Virus record (IMG/VR): IMGVR_UViG_3300032286_001748
Direction: 5' to 3' (one strand)
Source: an uncultured virus (IMG/VR IMGVR_UViG_3300032286_001748)
Taxonomy: Duplodnaviria; Heunggongvirae; Uroviricota; Caudoviricetes
Length of the DNA: 20,000 nucleotides
A program made the translations under genes and the position numbers. The notes below the pieces were generated by a model that saw only the letters and a list, made by a program, of their open reading frames with translations, ran no database searches and was not told the origin of the DNA. Below, piece by piece: positions 16,446 to 20,000 of the stretch; the first letter of the stretch is position 1; each line of letters begins with the position of its first letter.

Positions 16446-17414
16446 ATGCCCCTTCCCGCGCTCAACTGGCGGTTCGTGGGCGAGGTCGCCTTCACGCCGG
16501 GCTCGATCAACGCCGGGCTCGACGGGCTGTTCACCCTTGGTACGGCAACGACCTACGCCGACGGGACCGCGCGCACGCCGGGGACCGGCAGCGCGTGGAC
16601 GTGGCTCCGTGAGGTCAGTGGCGTCACGGTGGCCGCCTATGGAAACCCGCCGACGAATGCCCTGAACTTTCGCTACATCATCGGCGGAACCGTCGGCGCC
16701 GTCGCCTACCCGTTCCTGACGCCCGACATCGCAACGCAAGTCAACACCCTGGTCTACGGCATGAACCGCAGCAGCGGGGCGTTTACGACGTGGAGCGCGG
16801 CGCAGCCGTTCACGTCTGGTTTCAGCAACTACTGGCGTGCGACCCGCTCCTTTGCCACGGTCGCCTACGACAGCGTGGCCTTGTGGGAGTCGCAAGAGGG
16901 CTGCGTGATTCAGTACGGGGTGATCGCAACCGGGGCCGCCAGCAGCGTTCAGTTCGGCGCCCTGTTCGATCCACTCTCGTCGGCGGCGGCCAACAGCGAG
17001 TCGGATGGACGCCTCTACGCGATGTGCGGTTCCGGCTCTCTGACCACGACCGCGAGCAACTGGCTGACCTCGGGCAACGCGATGTTCGGGGAGGGGAGCG
17101 TCACGGCGAGCGACTACCACGCAGGCATCTTCGCGCCAGGAACCGCCGTGATGTTCGGAGGCGCAGGCGTCCAGACCAAGCGTTTCGGCAGCTTCAGCGT
17201 CACCTTGGACTACGCTTCCGCGAACGGGGACGTGCCGCGCGTCCCTCTCTGTGTCACCTCGACGGCGGGCGCGTTCTTGGGGCAGGGGAGGGCGATCTAC
17301 ATCGCCCGCGACACGATGTCGTACACCACCGTGCGAAACGGGGCCACGCCGGTCGGCTACATCGTCAGCGGGAGCCTCATCGCCCCCCAAGACGCCGTTC
17401 TCCTCGGAGCCTGA
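16446..17414 (+). CDS. Beta-rich putative spike/receptor-binding protein, paralog B (322 aa)
   Basis: Shares PGTGSAWTWLREVSGVTVAAYG, PPTNALNFRYI, WESQEGC, FGALFDPL and ESDGR with paralog A. Confidence 0.65.
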   Translation: MPLPALNWRFVGEVAFTPGSINAGLDGLFTLGTATTYADGTARTPGTGSAWTWLREVSGVTVAAYGNPPTNALNFRYIIGGTVGAVAYPFLTPDIATQVNTLVYGMNRSSGAFTTWSAAQPFTSGFSNYWRATRSFATVAYDSVALWESQEGCVIQYGVIATGAASSVQFGALFDPLSSAAANSESDGRLYAMCGSGSLTTTASNWLTSGNAMFGEGSVTASDYHAGIFAPGTAVMFGGAGVQTKRFGSFSVTLDYASANGDVPRVPLCVTSTAGAFLGQGRAIYIARDTMSYTTVRNGATPVGYIVSGSLIAPQDAVLLGA

Positions 17415-17415
17415 C

Positions 17416-17631
17416 GTGACCTACAGCTACCTCAACGCCGTCCTCGACGCGAACCCCCGCGCGGTGAAGCTCGTCCTCACCCAGGAGGTCTACGCCGTCG
17501 CCGTCGGAGACGTGCCGGCGGGCGAGGCGTCGATCCCCGGTCGCGTTGCCCTCTTCGAGGAGCCGCTGGGTCTACTGGTCAACCGCGGTTACGACGTCGC
17601 GAACGGGCTCGTCATCCAGTTCATGTGTTAG
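17416..17631 (+). CDS. Small hypothetical protein (about 71 aa)
   Basis: GGAG at 17406-17409 and GTG at 17416, 1 nt after the upstream stop (MTYSYLNAVLDANP...). Confidence 0.6.
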   Translation: MTYSYLNAVLDANPRAVKLVLTQEVYAVAVGDVPAGEASIPGRVALFEEPLGLLVNRGYDVANGLVIQFMC

Positions 17632-17677
17632 CGCAAGGGCCCCTGGATCGTGATACCGTCCTCGACCCGAGGTCAGG

Positions 17678-17962
17678 ATGGCACTCAACAGCTACCGCCA
17701 GTTCACGACGACGCGCACTCCTGTGAACGCAGGCGCATGGAACGCCGTCCTCCTTCCGGCCGGCGCGCTGGACGGGACCATCACCCTCGAGGACGCGACC
17801 GCGACCTTCCGCGTCACGGCCGACAACACGATCGGCCTGGCCCAGGGCGTGCCCGTGTCGGCGGCCGGGAGCTACATCTTCCCGGGGGTCGCCGCAACGG
17901 CCATCACCGTCTACGTCAACCCGAGCGCGGGGACCGTTGCGGTGGTTCAGTCGCAGCTCTGA
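17678..17962 (+). CDS. Small beta-rich protein (94 aa), possibly structural
   Basis: Clean ORF with strand-like alternation (TITLED, TFRVTAD, ITVYVNP). Confidence 0.65.
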   Translation: MALNSYRQFTTTRTPVNAGAWNAVLLPAGALDGTITLEDATATFRVTADNTIGLAQGVPVSAAGSYIFPGVAATAITVYVNPSAGTVAVVQSQL

Positions 17963-18698
17963 CCGTCGTTCGGATCTCCTCGTCCCGCGCCCTGGCCCGA
18001 TCCCGCAGGGCCCAGATGGTGCGGTCCAGTGGATCTGCGTTCACCCGCGCGCGTTCCGTTTCCCGTGCGGAGAGACAGGCGCTGCAGATGCGCGTGTAGC
18101 CGGTGAGCGAGCGGACATGCTTCCGGAAGGCGGGGAGGGGAAGCGAGGCCTGGCAGGCCTCGCACATCTGCTCATCACCGCTGGAGGCCCGGAGCGCATT
18201 GAGATCTGCCACACGCGCCTCCCGACCTGCGTTCCGCAGCTCCGCACGCGCCGCAGCCTCGCAGGCCTTGCAGCGGGGCGCGTGCCCGTTGCGACGACGA
18301 GTGTCCACCCGAAAGGCCTCGACCGGATGCGTCTCGCTACAACGAGTGCAGGTGAGCAACGAGGCCGGGAGGATGGGGCCCGCCTCGACGGCGACGAGGC
18401 GCTCCTCGGAGCGGCAGTAGACACAGCGCGCGCGATGGCCCTCGGGCATCTGGGCATCCGCGTGGAAGTCGATCCACGGGCGAAATGTGGCGCACCCCGT
18501 ACACGTCCTGCCAGCGACCCCGTCGACCTCGAGGAGGACGCCCTCCTCGTCGTTTCCCGAGGCCTGACGGCGCGCGCGGGCGTCGGCGGAGCGGCAGACC
18601 CTGCAGCGAGCCTGGCGACCCCGCGGGACGCGGGCGTCGGGGGAGAAGGCCTCGACCGGGAGGAGCTGGTCACAACCGGCGCAGGAGAGCGTGGTCAC
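17916..18698 (-). CDS. Protein with four CxxC...CxxC zinc-ribbon repeats (about 260 aa)
   Basis: GTGA overlap with the MTase stop (18695-18698). Repeats: CAGC..F..GRQARCRVC, CTGC..F..GHRARCVYC, CTRC..F..GHAPRCKAC, CEAC..F..GYTRICSAC. Confidence 0.8.
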   Translation of the reverse strand: MTTLSCAGCDQLLPVEAFSPDARVPRGRQARCRVCRSADARARRQASGNDEEGVLLEVDGVAGRTCTGCATFRPWIDFHADAQMPEGHRARCVYCRSEERLVAVEAGPILPASLLTCTRCSETHPVEAFRVDTRRRNGHAPRCKACEAAARAELRNAGREARVADLNALRASSGDEQMCEACQASLPLPAFRKHVRSLTGYTRICSACLSARETERARVNADPLDRTIWALRDRARARDEEIRTTVRAATEPPQRSPRSG

Positions 18699-19378
18699 GC
18701 GACCCTCGACAGGCGAGCTGCGAGCTGCTGGCCGCGCCGCGGGAGGTCCCAGGCGACGAAGGAGCGCACACGGCGGAGTTCCGGAGGAGAGGTCGCCCCT
18801 TCGGGGCGGAGGAGAGAGTCGGGAGAAGGAGTGCGCGCAGGGGGGTCGAGAACGAAGAGCGTCGAGCCCTGCGGGGGAGCCGAGATGCGCTCCCCGCTGG
18901 GCCGGCAGTACGCGATGCGACCCAGCGAGACGACCTCGGTGGCGCGCTCCGCGGCCTTCCACCACCAGGCCGTGTCGGTGGCCTCGGGGACAAGGAGGAG
19001 GATACGACAGACGCGCTGCGCGTCCAGCTTGAGGAGCGCCCGGTCGATCCAGGCCGGGGTGCCGGTCTTGCCGGTGCCCCACGGGGGGTTGAGCCAGACG
19101 CTGGGCGTCCACGAGACGCTCCAGCGGGCCTCGGGCGTGGGCCAGGAGGTCGCGTCACGGCCCGAGGCCCGATCCCACCAGGGTTCAGGCCGCAACGCGT
19201 CTGTCTCGGGCGGGATCCAGCAGGGGGCGAGCGCTACGTCCGCGCTCGTCGCGGCCGCGTCGAGGAGGGGGACACCGTAGCGGGCGAAGAGGTGGTTGGC
19301 GACGAGGCGGTCGGTGCGCCAGCAGCGCTTCTCGTCGAGCGGGGTCTGGATCGGACCCCCGGTGAACAGGGTGGACAT
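18695..19378 (-). CDS. Phage-type DNA N6-adenine methyltransferase (Dam family, PF05869-like)
   Basis: CWRT, LDAAA, VWLNPPW (catalytic NPP-aromatic motif), LLVPEATDTAWW, GRIAY and PPQGSTLFV follow the family pattern. GGAG lies upstream of ATG 19378. Confidence 0.85.
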   Translation of the reverse strand: MSTLFTGGPIQTPLDEKRCWRTDRLVANHLFARYGVPLLDAAATSADVALAPCWIPPETDALRPEPWWDRASGRDATSWPTPEARWSVSWTPSVWLNPPWGTGKTGTPAWIDRALLKLDAQRVCRILLLVPEATDTAWWWKAAERATEVVSLGRIAYCRPSGERISAPPQGSTLFVLDPPARTPSPDSLLRPEGATSPPELRRVRSFVAWDLPRRGQQLAARLSRVA

Positions 19379-19499
19379 CGGGCTCCGAGGGCCCACAGAA
19401 CGACCACGCGCCGCGAGGGGCCCGAAACGAGCCCGACGCGGCGGTGGGGAAGACGGTGGACACGAACCCGGAGGTATCCGGGGACTTGTCCGAAGTCAA

Positions 19500-19955
19500 C
19501 TACGAGCGGCGGTAGAGCGTGAAGGCGGGGGTGGTCGCGTTGGTGCAGACGAGGAGGAAGCTGCCAGAGCCACTGTTGGAGGCGCTGGCGCCTCCACTCA
19601 AGTAGCCCTCAACGGTGCGCTGAGACACGTCAGACGTGCCGTTCGTGATGTCCGTGTTGACAGCCACGATCACGCCCGAGGTCGCGCCAGCAGCCGAGTT
19701 GTTCTGGATGCTGAACTCGATGGCCTGACCAACCACCAACGGGGTCGAGATGGCCGCCGCGAGCGCAGCGGCAGTCGGAAGAGTCACGGTCGCGTCGGCG
19801 CTGGGAGAGGCGGTGAAGAAGCCACCCAAGACCTGAGCCGCGGTGAGAGCGGTGGGACCGGCGGCGATAGCGCCGAGGGCCGTGACAGTGCGGAAGACGA
19901 GGCTGCCAGAGCTGGAAACGCTCAGGCTTCCGGGGATGATGTTGGCGGTAGGCAT
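19500..19955 (-). CDS. Small A/T/S/G-rich virion protein, decoration/spike-like (151 aa)
   Basis: GGAG upstream of the ATG. LTAAQVLGG...TLPTAAALAAAI...EFSIQN...FTLYR resembles a pattern seen in small phage capsid-associated proteins. Confidence 0.6.
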   Translation of the reverse strand: MPTANIIPGSLSVSSSGSLVFRTVTALGAIAAGPTALTAAQVLGGFFTASPSADATVTLPTAAALAAAISTPLVVGQAIEFSIQNNSAAGATSGVIVAVNTDITNGTSDVSQRTVEGYLSGGASASNSGSGSFLLVCTNATTPAFTLYRRS

Positions 19956-20000
19956 GGAAGTCTCCAGGGGTTCGTGAGGGATCGCCAGTAGGGCCGGTCA

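Larger units (their letters stand above)
1..20000. mobile_element. Segment of a bacteriophage or provirus genome, possibly tailless and membrane-containing
   Basis: Tightly packed, translationally coupled ORFs of mostly unknown function. Phage-type Dam MTase, zinc-ribbon protein, fibre-like proteins, a PG-binding domain and a transglutaminase-like gene are present. No housekeeping genes, integrase, terminase or portal were recognised in the window. Confidence 0.8.

Noticed and set aside
15465..17414. Diversity-generating retroelement TR/VR pair or invertible cassette
   Set aside because: Both copies are full genes in direct orientation, the differences are not adenine-specific, and no reverse transcriptase or invertase is present in the window.
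18699..19112. N-terminal 138 aa of the 398-aa ORF in the track
   Set aside because: It overlaps the Dam gene in another frame. The GTGA junction at 18695-18698 gives a better start.
1..20000. Full TAG reassignment (genetic code 15)
   Set aside because: No TAG interrupts a conserved domain, paralogs end at equivalent positions, and linkers after TAG contain RBS motifs and a terminator-like hairpin. At most, partial readthrough is plausible.

Overview
GC-rich, gene-dense window that reads as part of a bacterial virus or provirus; no host housekeeping genes and no element boundary are visible. Bases 1-11309 (minus strand) form a probable virion-morphogenesis module: three paralogous beta-rich capsid-like proteins, a minimal transglutaminase-like Cys-His-Asp enzyme, two large proteins (one ending in a peptidoglycan-binding domain), a K/R-rich putative DNA-condensing protein and several small proteins with single membrane anchors. 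A divergent promoter region (about 11310-11440) precedes a plus-strand block with a truncated RadA/Sms-like ATPase, two unknown proteins and a spike/fibre-like cluster that includes a tandem paralog pair. The right end (minus strand) carries a phage-type Dam methyltransferase, a four-zinc-ribbon protein and a small structural protein. The most striking unexplained signal is a short [LMFYIV]-G-A/E motif, often followed by acidic residues, repeated across otherwise unrelated left-module proteins next to the cysteine enzyme. This suggests a protease-driven virion maturation system in a possibly tailless, membrane-containing phage. All product calls come from motif reading by eye; no searches were run.
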